A DNA stretch of 63,368 nucleotides, filler included, from Octopus bimaculoides (Eukaryota): the NCBI RefSeq assembly GCF_001194135.2. It is 7 parts of 7 records of this genome, joined end to end, with 100 filler letters (N's around TTAATTAATTAA, not from the genome) between each part and the next. Parts side by side here need not be neighbours in the genome. Positions count along the whole stretch, not along the records: positions 15,572 to 44,292 come from NC_068987.1; 6 more parts are not named here. One strand, given 5' to 3'. The position numbers and the translations under genes were made by a program. Below, one piece after another: positions 25,682 through 39,522 of this stretch (the stretch's first letter is position 1; the number at the start of each line of letters is the position of its first letter). Under the pieces are notes generated by a model that was given only the letters and a program-made list of their open reading frames with translations, had not been told where the DNA came from and did no database searches.

Positions 25682-26555
25682 CACAGGTTGCAATGGGTAA
25701 ATTGTCGCCATCTTATATTTTTAATTTTGCGCATGCACATTTTGTTTTTGATTTTTTTCACTACACAGTATAGTAGTCAGTTGGGCACAGTCTGTGAGAA
25801 AAACAGCACCATGATACAATTCACTCTGCCAGAAATTTGGATATAATATGCTGTACTACTTGGCATTCATGTCAGAAGCTCCAATACAAACATTCCTGGG
25901 TCTTTGGGTGTCACTCTGAGGACATGTATTGAGAGTGATAAAAATCTAACATTCAGTCAACATCTTAGTGTTTGGAATAATCACCAGTGATGGCAATGTT
26001 ATGCCTCCATTCATTTTCTTGCATGACCTCAGACTCAACACAGAGGCCTACATCGAGTGCCTGGAGGAGTTAGTGCTGCCCTGGGTCAAGAGGGAGGCTG
26101 CTGGAAAACCCTATGTCTGGCAACAGGACTCTGTACCATGCCATACAAGCAGGAGAACCCTGTCATGGCTGTTAGACAATTTCTGCGACCACATCACCCC
26201 TAAGATCTGACAACCTAACTCTCCAGACTGCAAACCCTCTTGATTATTATGTGTGGAGTGCAGTTGAGCGAAACACTAACAAAACTCCTTGTAATACCAA
26301 AGATGAATTGAAGGCAAGGATTATGGCAGCATTCACCAACTTAAACAAGGTGACTGTCCAGAAGAGTTGCTGGAGATTCTGAAGTCGTCTAGAGGCCGTG
26401 GTTAAAGTCAATGGTGATTTTATTGAATGAATTTACTCTTCTGTGTTTCAAGGTATTTTTATGTAATTTTGGTAAATATATCTGTTAAAATGAGATGTCA
26501 GTGTTATTTTCATTTTTGCGTAATTTAAAGGTCAGTTTATTCACTGCACTCTGTA
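25682..26555 (+). mobile_element. Internally deleted Tc1/mariner maT (DD37D) element
   Basis: WQQD...SPDCKPLDYYVW with 37 residues between the 2nd and 3rd Asp (one is a stop). Degenerate TIRs of about 26 bp: cacaggttgcaatgggtaaattg and tacagagtgcagtgaataaactg. Confidence 0.85.
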
Positions 26556-27503
26556 CATTGGACCAACACCTGGTAAATGTAGGTGCTGGTGTCTGTTAGA
26601 TTATCTACAAGAGACTAATATGTTATGTTGAACTGTTTTAGACATTTCTGATACTAAAGATGATAGAATATATTTCCTATTTTCATTGAGTTACATCCAT
26701 CTTACCGAACTTTCATTGTTGAGATAGTTTATTTGGTACTAGGCTGAGGAAAAGTTTGTATGCCATGAGTCACCATTGAACGTGACATGAACTGAATGAA
26801 CACTTGCACCACAAAAATAGATTTAAAAAAAAAAGCATTATTTTAACACAGTGCACAAACTTTCTCCTCAACCTAATAAAATAATTGATTGCAGCTAACA
26901 ACAACACACATGTTGTCTAGCCACAAGTCATTCCTAAATCAAGCTAACCTATGATCAGTGACACTCTTTTCATGACTATCCCATCCTTTCAAACTTTATC
27001 TAAAACTTACTTTAGAAAAACTTTGCGTTTTATAGTCAAAGCCCAGCATCTTAAACCCAGACTTTGTGTTGCAATTTATCATTACATAATTTTGTTTACA
27101 TCTATGCAACATCTAATTCCTGAATATTACTGTTGTTCATCAAACTTACTTTAGAAATTCTTTTAATGTCCTTTTTTTTATTATTTATACTGACATGGGT
27201 TGGATAAGTCTACTGTACTGCTATTTGTCAATACTATCTCATCTCATTATCCCCACCATCTTCCAATCTGATCTAAAAGTTTGTCACATTTTATTCTTTC
27301 ATTGGTTGTGGATTTGCAAACAGAAGTTTTTGACACCTCATAAAATAAAGGTGAAGTCTGTGCATTATTAAATGACTAAAATAACTCCTACATAGTGTAA
27401 TTACTTGAATTTCAATGCATGGTCTTAGAAGTTATTTACTTGAGAAGTACAAATCTGAATCTATTCTTTTGTATTAAAAGACAATTCACCTTTTTATTTT
27501 CAG

Positions 27504-27546
27504 AGACTGAAAGTATTAGTTCAGGTTCCACCTCTCCTGTCGACAA
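27504..27546 (+). CDS. KIF21: KIF21-like kinesin exon (ETESISSGSTSPVD)
   Basis: tttttattttcAG and GTgagt, 43 nt, phase 1 to 2, in frame with the previous exon. Ser/Thr-rich linker. Confidence 0.8.
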
Positions 27547-30231
27547 GTGAGTAACACTAACACAGTATTTCATGTGTTTTTCTTCCTCCTTCTTATTTAT
27601 ATGTAGCATCAGATAAACTGCTTTACAAATGGGGAATTATCTAGTTGGAATCATTTAGAATCAGAATATGCTGTACAATTTGAAAAATTCTAATTTCTTA
27701 AATTTATGTATAAAGTAAGATGTTATAAAATTCCAAGTACATTGACTAACATTTAGTGTCATTGGTTATTTATTACCCGGCTGGAGAGGGACAAGGAATA
27801 AATTTAGTTCTGAACCAGTACATTCTTTGTTCAGATTTTACTAGAGTTTACTTTTTCAACCCCTAGGCTAGGGTCAGTATAATGAATCTTAGTAAGACTG
27901 GGGCCAATTAAATCAGCTATATCCTCTCTCTTATTAAAATTACTGTCTTGTGTGCAGAAATCCATATTATAAACACGAAGCTTTTGGAAAATATTGAAAC
28001 AGAATTTATCATTGAATTATCAAATTGGAGAAATGCTTCAGTTGTCATTTAGAAAATATTCTGGCTCCTGGTTTGCTGGTTAACTTTATGCAAATGACAT
28101 TTGGTGAAAATACTGTGACAAGCCTGTTAGTATTTATAGTTCTTTGTATCAGTTTTTTGACTAACATTTAAATATGCTGACTAAAAGATTCTACTGATAC
28201 AAAATGAATTCTTTGTCAAGTTAGAAAATTTAATGGCTGAGACAGCTAAGTTATTCTCTTGTGATCATCAAGGATCCATGACTGAGTGCTTAACTCTAGT
28301 ATTGGGCTGTTTAAGCAACTGAGACTGTCATTCCTCTTCAGACAGCATGCTGATTTACCACAGGTGAAGTGAGGCTGTGTAGAATTAAGTTTCCTGATCA
28401 GAAACACATTGGATTTAAACTTATGACTTAGAGTTAAATATCATTCAGTGATTTCACTACCATAAACACACCCCTGAAATGTACCTCAGCTATGTGCATC
28501 ATAGGGATTAGAAACTGATTCTCTGACAAGATGAGACTATCTTGTGCTGGGTTCTCTTTAGTGTTTTAATCCTTATAGTTTAGATTCTATAAAACAAATT
28601 TTGACACGTACCTTAATGTAGTCTAAACCTGATCGGCTTTCAACTATATTACATATTTTATTAGTTTCAGATTTGTATTTATTGAATATTTATTCAATTT
28701 ATTGTATTTTGTAATGCTTTCATTAAGAAATGTTAATTTAATTATTGAATACATGTGAAATTGTTAAATTTTCCAAGTCCTCATTGTTTCTTGCTTTAAC
28801 TTGTAGTTTGTCCATTGTTAGAATAATTTTAGTATCACTCTCCAAAACATACTTTCCTCCTGACTTGTAGTTGTAGCTCTTTTGTTAGTAGTTGAACAAC
28901 CATAATGGTGTCATCTCTACACATTTAAAGTGCAACAAACCAGCTTCTGGTATGGTGCAATCTAGATGGCAATCATTCAATCAAGAATTGAAGAAAATAT
29001 AAATTTGTATAATTCTGTGTTGTTAGAAACTGCTTAGTTTGTCTAAAATAAGGAAACTGAGCCAGCTGAAATTACAATGTCTTTCCTGTAACTATTAGCA
29101 TAAGCTGACACTTAGGAAAGGAGATGGCAGAAAATTACTTTGGTCTGATATCAGCGCTAAGTCAACCTCAATGACTTAGCTCTGATTCTTAGACACATCT
29201 ATCCTATGATGATAAACTGCCGAAATGGATAAGTTATTGAATTATCTGCTTATGAGTCTAATTCCAATCTGTTGCTATTATTTCATTGTTTGGACTGCCT
29301 CCAGAATGAGTCTCAACTTTTGTAAAAATAGGTAGCTGTTTATCTGAGAATGTTTTATCTCAGATCAGAGTTCACCTATCATCTTGCTCCATTTGAACAC
29401 TGAATCTGATCTCTGCATGATAGCAGGTGTGTGTAACAACTAATTCCAAAGAGAAATGCTTAGCATTATTTGTTATAACTCTGAAAAGGCCACACTATAC
29501 TGAAACACACTTCTTTTCAAATAATATTATCAGTTCATAAAATGACATTTTCTTTCAATTAACCAGAACTCTACTGTTGATCAGTCAAGCTACACACACA
29601 TAGTACCTTTTGATGTAAAATTGATTTCAACAATGATTGCCTTTACTGGCACTATTTTAGTTGAAAGTCTTTTATATATGTCTTACAAATTGTATGTGGT
29701 TAGTGTGTTGGCTAATTAAAATAGTTCTTGTTACCTGAGTCTTGTATAATTTTAGCATAAAAGTAACAAATATTTCTTTATAATTAATCTCCATCTAATT
29801 CGAGTAATCAGTGTAAATAATAGCAATTATATACCTATTTGTTTCAATATCCTGACTTAAAATCTGCTTGCTCATTAAAAATAAAAAATTTCTTTGGTAT
29901 GATTACTTATAGTTAAATCATAAAAATGCTACATTTATATAAATTTGTAGTTTTTTTTCTTTTTTTACCTTCCAAATTATTTTAATTAATATAAGAAAGT
30001 TTTCTTATAAAATCAGTTTTTGTTGGCTGATTTCATAGAGATTACTCCTTCATGGTTAGTTCTTTAATAGTCAATATTTTCTAAAAGCAGGCTGACAAAA
30101 GTCACAATATTAAATAATTTTGTTTGATTTATTTACTTTTTTTTTTTTTTTTCAATATAAAAAAAGCAGGCTATGTATTTTTTTTTTAATTGCTTTAAAT
30201 TTATCAGATTAATATGTATGTACGAGTATAA

Positions 30232-30355
30232 ACTTCTTCAACAAGAATAGTATTGACAGCGACTTTGAAGTTTTGGCCAGCAAAGCAATCATTGAACTGT
30301 CCAATGATGGCCAAAACTTCAAAGTCACTGTCAGAATGATTCTTGTTAAAGAAGT
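30232..30355. repeat. Inverted repeat: 48-bp arms, 28-nt loop (small MITE-like)
   Basis: Arms at 30232-30279 and 30308-30355, 6 mismatches. Confidence 0.85.
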
Positions 30356-31142
30356 ATATATGTATGTAATAGTCTTTTATGAATTCAGTATTATAGCATT
30401 AATATGTATTTTTCATATAATCTCTTATGAACTTTAATAGGCTTGTTGGCTGTTAATCTTAATAATAGCAAAGTTGGTCCCAGATTAATTTTGTATGGAC
30501 TATTGTTTCTTTTGTTTCTTTCAAATATTTTCTATTTTTTAAAATAGTATTTTTTTTTTTTATTAAAGCTATGTTATTAACAAATTACTTTCTTTCTCTT
30601 TTATTCTTCATTGCGGTGGCCTGTCCCATATCCACCCTTCCCTATTGTTGTGATATTGGTTTGATTTCCAGTGACTTTTGTTGCTTTGCTGCTGTTGTCT
30701 TAGTGTGCTTCATTGCATTAGAATTGCTATGGTCTTGAAAAATCACTCCATGTGTTTAGTCTCTGTTATTGTTATTATTATTATTATTACTACTACTACT
30801 ACTACTACTGCTGCTACCACCACCACCACTCTCGTGACATTAATGGATTTCTCACATCACCTTCCTGTGCCTGTCAACAGAATGCTGCCTTTTTTTTCTA
30901 GTTTTCTATGTTTGTTTTTTATTTTTCTACATAAACTGTTATTGTTGTTACCATTCCCATCACAATAATCATAATTTGACATTTTTTTTTTACTTTTTAT
31001 TGTATATTATCATTGTTGCCTTTATGATTATTTTTCTAAACTTTCTAGCATGAATGTCAAAAAATGTACCTCCCCCGTACGTGTAAGTATGGGTTCCTTT
31101 GCAGTTCAAATATTGTGTGTTGTCACAGGTTCTCAAATAACC

Positions 31143-31195
<53 letters not shown>

Positions 31196-32734
31196 GGCCT
31201 ATATACACCCCACCCCCAGTGCCCATTAATATCATTTAATGCTTACCCCCCAAATATTGACATATTTTACAACTCCACTCCATTTTCCAATCATTATTTT
31301 TTAATCTAAAATGTATTNNNNNNNNNNNNNNNNNNNNNNNNNNNNNNNNNNNNNNNNNNNNNNNNNNNNNNNNNNNNNNNNNNNNNNNNNNNNNNNNNNN
31401 NNNNNNNNNNNNNNNNNNNNNNNNNNNNNNNNNNNNNNNNNNNNNNNNNNNNNNNNNNNNNNNNNNNNNNNNNNNNNNNNNNNNNNNNNNNNNNNNNNNN
31501 NNNNNNNNNNNNNNNNNNNNNNNNNNNNNNNNNNNNNNNNNNNNNNNNNNNNNNNNNNNNNNNNNNNNNNNNNNNNNNNNNNNNNNNNNNNNNNNNNNNN
31601 NNNNNNNNNNNNNNNNNNNNNNNNNNNNNNNNNNNNNNNNNNNNNNNNNNNNNNNNNNNNNNNNNNNNNNNNNNNNNNNNNNNNNNNNNNNNNNNNNNNN
31701 NNNNNNNNNNNNNNNNNNNNNNNNNNNNNNNNNNNNNNNNNNNNNNNNNNNNNNNNNNNNNNNNNNNNNNNNNNNNNNNNNNNNNNNNNNNNNNNNNNNN
31801 NNNNNNNNNNNNNNNNNNNNNNNNNNNNNNNNNNNNNNNNNNNNNNNNNNNNNNNNNNNNNNNNNNNNNNNNNNNNNNNNNNNNNNNNNNNNNNNNNNNN
31901 NNNNNNNNNNNNNNNNNNNNNNNNNNNNNNNNNNNNNNNNNNNNNNNNNNNNNNNNNNNNNNNNNNNNNNNNACTCTCAGAGTTCCTGGAATGTGACTGC
32001 TTACCATTTCTGCTTACCTTCAGCTTATTTCAGTTAAATCCAGAAATTTGTCATGGATAACATCTGTTAGGGTTTTCAGTTATTTTTTACTGAAAAATGT
32101 TCGACACTGCAAAATATTTGGAAATCCTCGAATTTCATGCAAGAATAGTGTAACTTGAAGTTTGTGTAATACATACAGAGCTAACATGACATTCCAGTAC
32201 CCCTTATGCTTATCTTTCCAGTACTTGCATATTTAATCTGTACCTCCCACATCTCAACACAAACTTTCTGACATACAAGTACATCACTCTGTGCCACTGG
32301 TGCCTCTTAATGGTCATTCGCCCTGCTAGAAATAGCAGTCAAATCACAACCTGCTAAATTTAGAAATAAAAAAAAAAGCCTTAGAGATGTGTGAAAAACA
32401 CAAGATGGGATGATCACAGCTGGAGTACTTGTGATCAGGTCAGAATTAACCTGAGAGCTAAACCATTGCCCATCACATTTCTTTCTAGCATGTCTAAAGC
32501 ACACATCCACCACAGACATATTCTCCACACACATGCATCCCTTTCGCACACTCAGCTCTCCTGCTTATGTACATACATGCATATATGCTTGTGTACATAA
32601 ATTTCTCAAGAAGACAATTGAACATACTTATGGGAAGACATGCTCTACTTTTGATGAGAAGTGCACTATATATATATATGATTAGATAAAGATAGCTATG
32701 ACTGGTGTATGGGGACTCCACATGTAATCTTATA

Positions 32735-33140
32735 AAAGATCATAGAACAGCTGGGCTCCTACATCAATAGGAGTAAATGTTGCAAGCTGTGCATAGCTAA
32801 CCAGGTGGGAATATTAAAGGACTTCCTCAACCCAGGGTACATCTTAAATTCCAGGACAGAAACATTCACACCCTGCTTACACTTAAGGAGATTCTTACTG
32901 AAGTCCTGGAACCCAGAAGCCGACCACGTCAACTACAGATAGCAGTCTGAGAGAATCCCTTGCACTTAACCCTTTGTCCGAGAGGTCACCAAGTAGCTAC
33001 GAGGTCTTTTCTCCCTCCACTTTGAAGAGAGGTCATGGGCCACTGGCCTTTAGGGTCTGAAGAAATTCTGTAAAGCTTAGTGCTTTATGAACATGAAACC
33101 CAGGGTAACCTCATACACCCGGCCATAGCTATCTTTATCT
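32735..33140 (+). mobile_element. Penelope-like element 3' end (C-terminal ORF tail plus pLTR)
   Basis: KIIEQLGSYINRSKCCKLC...ILNSRTETFTPCLHLRRFLL fits the PLE C-terminal Y..SK.C.LC...LN.R.E...C.H pattern. Followed by a hammerhead motif. Confidence 0.75.
33053..33111 (+). ncRNA. Minimal type I hammerhead ribozyme motif
   Basis: GGGU-CUGAAGA-[stem II UAAAGC/GCUUUA]-GAA-ACCCAGGGU-A^ACCU. Intact core boxes, 4-bp stem I, quasi-palindromic stem III. The base of stem II is degraded. Confidence 0.6.
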
Positions 33141-33766
33141 AATTACTCTACTGCTCTATATTTAGTGTGCTTTTGGATTTATGATTTACTGACAATACAC
33201 ACACAAGTGCAAGTATCATGCATGCATGCATACATTCATACGTACATATACCATACATTTATACATACATGTTAAAGCAATACAAAAGTCAAAAAATTTC
33301 ACAAATTGTTACATATAAGCTTGTTACTGTTACTTGACTCTACTGCTGCATTATTTTTGAGCCAAGTGAGGTTTCCCTGTCCCCCTACCCTATCCATGTC
33401 TGTCTCTGCTGATCCTTGCTTGTAGTTCCTTTATTTTCATCTTGAAACTATGATGGCTCCCAATGTTTTTGGACTGTGAAAGGATTCCAAACTGCATGCT
33501 TTTTATTTTTTTTTTTTTTGTATTTCCTTCATTTTTGTTGCATTAATGTATTGTTATCACTTAGCATCATCAATGTTGTGGACCTTTTGTTTTTAAAAAG
33601 GATACACATTCATTAAAAAAAAAAAAGTAATAAACAAAATCACTGCATGTGTATTTTTCGTATTTTTGTTGTTGCTCCTCCTACTACCTCTACTACTACT
33701 ACTACTCCTCGCTGTTACTTCTCCGCTCCTCTGTGCCTGCCCTGTAAATCCACATGGACTAACCAG

Positions 33767-33839
33767 CATGTTCGACAGACAGAGAACAAACCAACTCAGT
33801 CCCAATATGGCCACTGGAGAGTCCTTAAAGAAAGCAAAG
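33767..33839 (+). CDS. KIF21: KIF21-like kinesin exon (NMFDRQRTNQLSPNMATGESLKKAK)
   Basis: ctaaccAG and GTcagt, 73 nt, phase 2 to 0, in frame with the exon ending at 27546. It ends in KKAK where KIF21 has the K-ARRRT motif. Confidence 0.7.
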
Positions 33840-34493
33840 GTCAGTATTGGTCTGGTCTTGCTCATTTTGGGATGTTCTTTTTCTTTTCTTTTAAAAAAAA
33901 TTATTTTGTATCTTCTAGATCTGAAAATATTTTGCATGTATATAGTTTCTATATCTTGTTTTGGCCTTCATGTAATTACTGTCTGTGTGTGAGAGATGTT
34001 TTACAAATTGGATGTCTCATTTACTAATATTATTGGTAGATAAGGCAATAATAAGTATTATTAGTCGGTATATTTGGACCTACCTTTACTTTTATTCTTG
34101 ACAACATATATACACAGACAGACGTGTGTGTGTGTGTGTGCGCATATATATATATTTATTAGCAGAAGCAACAGAGTGGCTCAAGGGCTGAGAGTTTTGT
34201 ATGTTGTCTCATCAAACTTGTGTGTGTGTTTGTGTATAATCATGAATCACCCCCCACATAACTTTCCATTTTACAAGTAAGGCACCTGTTGTTCTACATG
34301 GCTTTGAAGGTGTAAAATAAATGGATGATTTGTTGATGACAACTGATGACAACAGCACTGTCCACCACAACTTTCATATGAGCAATCACAGATGTATACA
34401 CATCACCCGCACGTGTGTGCATATATGTATGCAAACACACACGTGATATATGCATATCTATATATGAGTATGTATACAATGGATGATGGTTGT

Positions 34494-34549
<56 letters not shown>

Positions 34550-35177
34550 NNNNNNNNNNNNNNNNNNNNNNNNNNNNNNNNNNNNNNNNNNNNNNNNNNN
34601 NNNNNNNNNNNNNNNNNNNNNNNNNNNNNNNNNNNNNNNNNNNNNNNNNNNNNNNNNNNNNNNNNNNNNNNNNNNNNNNNNNNNNNNNNNNNNNNNNNNN
34701 NNNNNNNNNNNNNNNNNNNNNNNNNNNNNNNNNNNNNNNNNNNNNNNNNNNNNNNNNNNNNNNNNNNNNNNNNNNNNNNNNNNNNNNNNNNNNNNNNNNN
34801 NNNNNNNNNNNNNNNNNNNNNNNNNNNNNNNNNNNNNNNNNNNNNNNNNNNNNNNNNNNNNNNNNNNNNNNNNNNNNNNNNNNNNNNNNNNNNNNNNNNN
34901 NNNNNNNNNNNNNNNNNNNNNNNNNNNNNNNNNNNNNNNNNNNNNNNNNNNNNNNNNNNNNNNNNNNNNNNNNNNNNNNNNNNNNNNNNNNNNNNNNNNN
35001 NNNNNNNNNNNNNNNNNNNNNNNNNNNNNNNNNNNNNNNNNNNNNNNNNNNNNNNNNNNNNNNNNNNNNNNNNNNNNNNNNNNNNNNNNNNNNNNNNNNN
35101 NNNNNNNNNNNNNNNNNNNNNNNNNNNNNNNNNNNNNNNNNNNNNNNNNNNNNNNNNNNNNNNNNNNNNNNNNNNNN

Positions 35178-36330
35178 NTTTTTCAATATTAAATATACAC
35201 TTCTTCATTTTCTACAATCTACAACGCTCTGGTAGATTTGCAAGGCCCCTCTTCCAAAATTCACTTATTTGTGATGAAAAATGCTCCTCTAGGACTGTTC
35301 TGACTTCTACAGGATTCATATTTTTTCTGTCCAAATGATTTTGAAGACTGTGGAATAGATGATAATCAGATGGGGTAATGTCTGGTGAATATAGTGGATG
35401 GGGCATTGTTTCCCATTCAAACTGCTCCAGCCTTTGGAATGTTATCCTTGTTGTATGTGGTCGAGCATTATCCTGATGGAAGAACACCTTTCATCTTGAA
35501 ACCAATGATGGTCGTTTTCCTTCTAGCACTGAAGTTGCTTGCAGTAGATCTCCTTTGTTATCATTTGGGTTTAAAAGTTCAAAGTGGACTAAACCTTTCA
35601 TATCCCACCAAACAGATAACATTTTACATGGGTGAAGACCTTCTTTAGACTGGGGTGCCAGTGTTTCTCCTTTCCGTACCCACTGATATTTTCATAGAGA
35701 ATCAATTTCTCATCACCAGTCACTGTTTGGTCCAAAAAAAGGTTCATTTGTTAGACATGACAGCAAAGAAGAGCATACATTCACTCTTTGCATGCGGTTG
35801 GACTCAGAAAGCTTGTGAGGAACCCAATAACCCAATTTGCTGACTTTTCTAATGGCACGTAGGTGCTGATGAATGGTTAATGACCAATTCCAAGCTTCTC
35901 TGTTAGTTCCTCAACAGTTATGATGGGATTTTGTTCCACCAGGATTGCAGGATGTCCTCATCAAGCTCTACAGATTTTTCAGGATGAGGCTTGTCTTCTA
36001 GACTATAGTTTCCAGCTTGGAATTTCTGGAACCACTGTTGACACTGGCTTATGCTTATTGTCTGATCCCCATATACTAAATTAATATTCCTTTCACTTTT
36101 CATTGCGTTGTTGCCTTTATTGAACCCATTAATCGAAATATGCCAAATATACTCCTTTGTCACTTCTATTATAGCTTAGAAAAAATAACTGCTAAAGTCA
36201 AACTGTACTCTTCAAAACTTTCACCAAGAGTAAGCACAAGGTAAAATTACTATCTGCAGGTAGTTTATCCCAACCCCTCCAACTTTATTTCACGTAATTT
36301 GAAAAATAAAACGCATTATTTATGGCATGA

Positions 36331-36334
<4 letters not shown>
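35178..36334 (-). mobile_element. Mariner (DD34D) transposon relic flanked by (TA)n
   Basis: N-terminal HTH (QWFQKFQAGNYSLED), VTGDEK, HQDNARPH...YSPDITPSD with 34-residue spacing. 5' TIR-like ggtcatgccataaataatgcg. The 3' end lies in the gap. Confidence 0.92.
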
Positions 36335-36370
<36 letters not shown>

Positions 36371-37016
36371 ATATATATATATAAACACTCCGTTTTTTTC
36401 TTTTGACTGTGCATTCATGGATATGCTCAGCTTGTAAGGAGTACTTGAGATACTGAATGTTTGCTTTGAAGCCCATTTTTATCATTTGTAAGCTCTCTAC
36501 ATTAATTGAATCCATCTATATAGCCAAGTAATCTATGCTTGTGATGGACTTGATTCTTGTTCTATAGTCCACATGACACCACTCTATGCTACATACAGCT
36601 ATCATATTATGCTCCACGTCGCTACATACACACATACACAGTTGTAATCAAACATGATGGTCGATGAATGATACCTTAGTTCTTTTGTTGTTTTGTAGAA
36701 TCTTGCTTTATATTTAAATTTTTGAAATCTTAGTCTGCTAAATTTCAAATATTTATTTCTCAAGATTGTATAATGTTTTATTGGATTAATATGACTTATC
36801 TTTTCCTTCTTTCTTTTTTCTTTTCTTTTTTTTTCCCTTTCCTTCTGTTAAGTACTATAGGAACTTAACTCAGTTACTTTTCTTTGCAGCTTTGACACAA
36901 GTAATTCCAATTGAGATTTTATCTGGTTTTCATGTATTTTACTGATTTTCATTTTTTTTTTTCCTTTAATTATTTAAGTGACAGGACTTAAACATCTGTT
37001 AATATGATACACTAAG

Positions 37017-37215
37017 ACAGTGAGCAGGCAGAATCATTAGCATGCCAGGCAAAATGCTTAGCATTTCATCCATCTTTACTTTCCACCAATGTCAACTTTG
37101 CTTTTCATCCTTTCAGGGTCACTAAAATAAGGACCAGTTGAGGACTAGGGTCAATGTAATTGACTAGCTTCTCCCTTTGAACTTGCTGGTTTTGTGCAAA
37201 AATTTGAAACCAATA
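37017..37215 (+). mobile_element. Degenerate SINE (family of 8148)
   Basis: gagcaggcagaatcattagc...ttttcatcctttcagggtc...agggtcaatgtaattgac. Confidence 0.7.
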
Positions 37216-37390
37216 TGCTACATTATCTAGAAAAATTATTTGGTATTATCATTATACAGTATTTATTGATGTAAAGCTTCCCCTCCAAAAAATTTGATAT
37301 CAATTTATGTATTACAGAAAAAAACATTCTTCAAAGAATTCTTACTTTGATATACTTCTGTCCAGTTTCTTAAATTTTTCAAAGATGCCT

Positions 37391-37712
37391 ACTGGCATTC
37401 CAGCTGTTACGATGACAAGGGTTCCAGTTGATCCAATCAACAGAACAGCCTGCTCATGAAATTAATGTGCAAGTGGCTGAGCACTCCACAAACGTGTACT
37501 CTTAACATAGTTTTCAGGGAGATTCAGTGTGACATGGAATGTGATAAGGCTGGCCTTTTGATATACAGATACTACTCATTTTTGCTAGTTGAGTAGACTG
37601 GAGCAATGTGAAATAAAGTGTCTTACTCAAGAACACGTGTCATCGGGAATTGAACTCTTGACCTTGCGATCGTGAACTGAATACCTTAACCACTAAGCCA
37701 TACGCCTTCACT
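37391..37712 (-). mobile_element. tRNA-derived SINE
   Basis: Reverse complement starts gtgaaggcgtatggcttagtggtt (A box) and has gagttcaattcc (B box). Homologous to 51797-52062. Confidence 0.85.
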
Positions 37713-39522
37713 TTTCAAAGATGACTGATGCATTTATTTTCAATAATTATAAATTAACTTGCATCTGTAAATATAGGTATGACTGTTATTTCAACATGGC
37801 TTTCTAGCAGTTACATGCATATAGAATAAAATTGATCAAAAGATAATTCCTTTACAAACCAAAATGACTACCGAGTTGGTGCTTAACTCTGGTCTTTATA
37901 GCTTTATGATGAGATTAGATAGATAACTTTATTAAAAAAAAAAACTTTACCGATTCTGCAGTTAGGTGAATTGAGGTCATATATTCACTAATAATCTGTC
38001 CTGGGAAACAGTTGGAACACCTGCACAGGTGTGATTTTATGGCCTATGAGCTAAAAATCATTTGCACAAGATATTTCAGATGGGTTCTCAAATTTTCTTG
38101 CTACAAGAATAAAACTTTCATTTTTGTGATAAGCTATTAGTGTAGTTATATCCATTTGGAAAGAGTACTTGTCAGCATTGGAATAATTCAGGTGGCTTCT
38201 CTTTGAGGAATTTAGTAAATTCACCAGAAAGAATGGTTGAAAAGATTTGTTGGAATGTAATTCTTGAAAAAAACTTTAAGAAACTACTTGTAGATATCTC
38301 TCTCTTATCTAACCAACCATTTCTGATGCCTTAAAAATGTTGTGAACTTAGTCTACAAATTATATAGTTTAAGGGATTGTTTTAAAGTTGAAACTTTTGT
38401 AGGCTTTCTTCACTTTGGCAAACTTCTCTCAGACCTAATTTCTTGTTTTTTAAAAGACAAAAAGCTATTTACAAAAAAAAATATCTTGTAAATCAACAAA
38501 AATCTTAAAAATACAGTAACTATTCAAAATGTTCTGTCACCAGTTTCCTAGATATACCAAGATATACCCTCTGCCAAATTTAGTTCTGCTAAAAATTTAA
38601 AATGTTAACTTGAAAATTAAACCTGATTATGCTAAAATAATTCCCTCATTGTATAAAAATAAAATGAACATATTTAGTCTTGTATAAATTATCCAGAACA
38701 ATACACACTGTGATATTCCTTTATTTATATTTGTTTATTTGGAAGTAGTTTGGTGCTGACTTTAACACTTTGGCATTCAGATTACTTGAATGTGATCATA
38801 TTTATTTACATTTTTTAATTAATAAGGTGTTATCTTGTTTCAAAATTTTGATGGTGTGATTGTTTATTTTTAGAATGACATTATAGAGTAGGTGTAAGAA
38901 GCCAGATCTGGCTAGTTTGAACATAATCCAGTTAGAATATTTGGGTCTGATATGGCTGGTTTTAAATGCTAAATGGTTAAAATATATATGGTAAATGTTT
39001 TTTCTTGAGTATTGTCATGCTCATTGGAAAGTCACTAGAAACATAAATTACAGTGTTCACTAGATATTTAGTTGACATCTTTGTGTCATATTGCTCAATA
39101 CTAATGTAAATGTGTCTTTAAAAATTAGCACTGACTTGTTCTAATAAGAGTAATTTTAAGATAAAAATATTTGGTGTTTGAGTTGTAATCAATATCTTGT
39201 TTTTGTGTACAAGCCAATAACTTTTAAGTAGTTATATTTTCTTTAAATAGTTAAATTTGTATGATTATTTTCTCCCTAAATCCCTCATTCACTAATGTAT
39301 ATGTGATCAATTAAGGATTGCTCTAATGCTTACCGAAAGTAAATAAGTTTTCCTAATTTGGTATTCTAATTATTCTTATGGAGCATAAGTTAGGGGAAAA
39401 TTGATAGAGGTATATAGTGAGTAGAATGTTTAGGCAGATTGTAGGAAACGTTAAAAATGTGATGTTGTTTGACAGCAAATAAGCTCTGATGATTGTTTTA
39501 ATGTGAACTAATTTGGAAAATG

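Noticed and set aside
28321-28342. 22-nt microexon candidate (cttcAG acagcatgctgatttaccacag GTgaag)
   Set aside because: Weak donor, and inclusion would break the frame between 27546 and 33767.
32018-32063. Minus-strand exon-like signal (ctaacAG ... GTaagc)
   Set aside because: 46 nt with stop codons in all three frames and no partner exons seen. It could only be a non-coding or terminal exon, which I cannot support.
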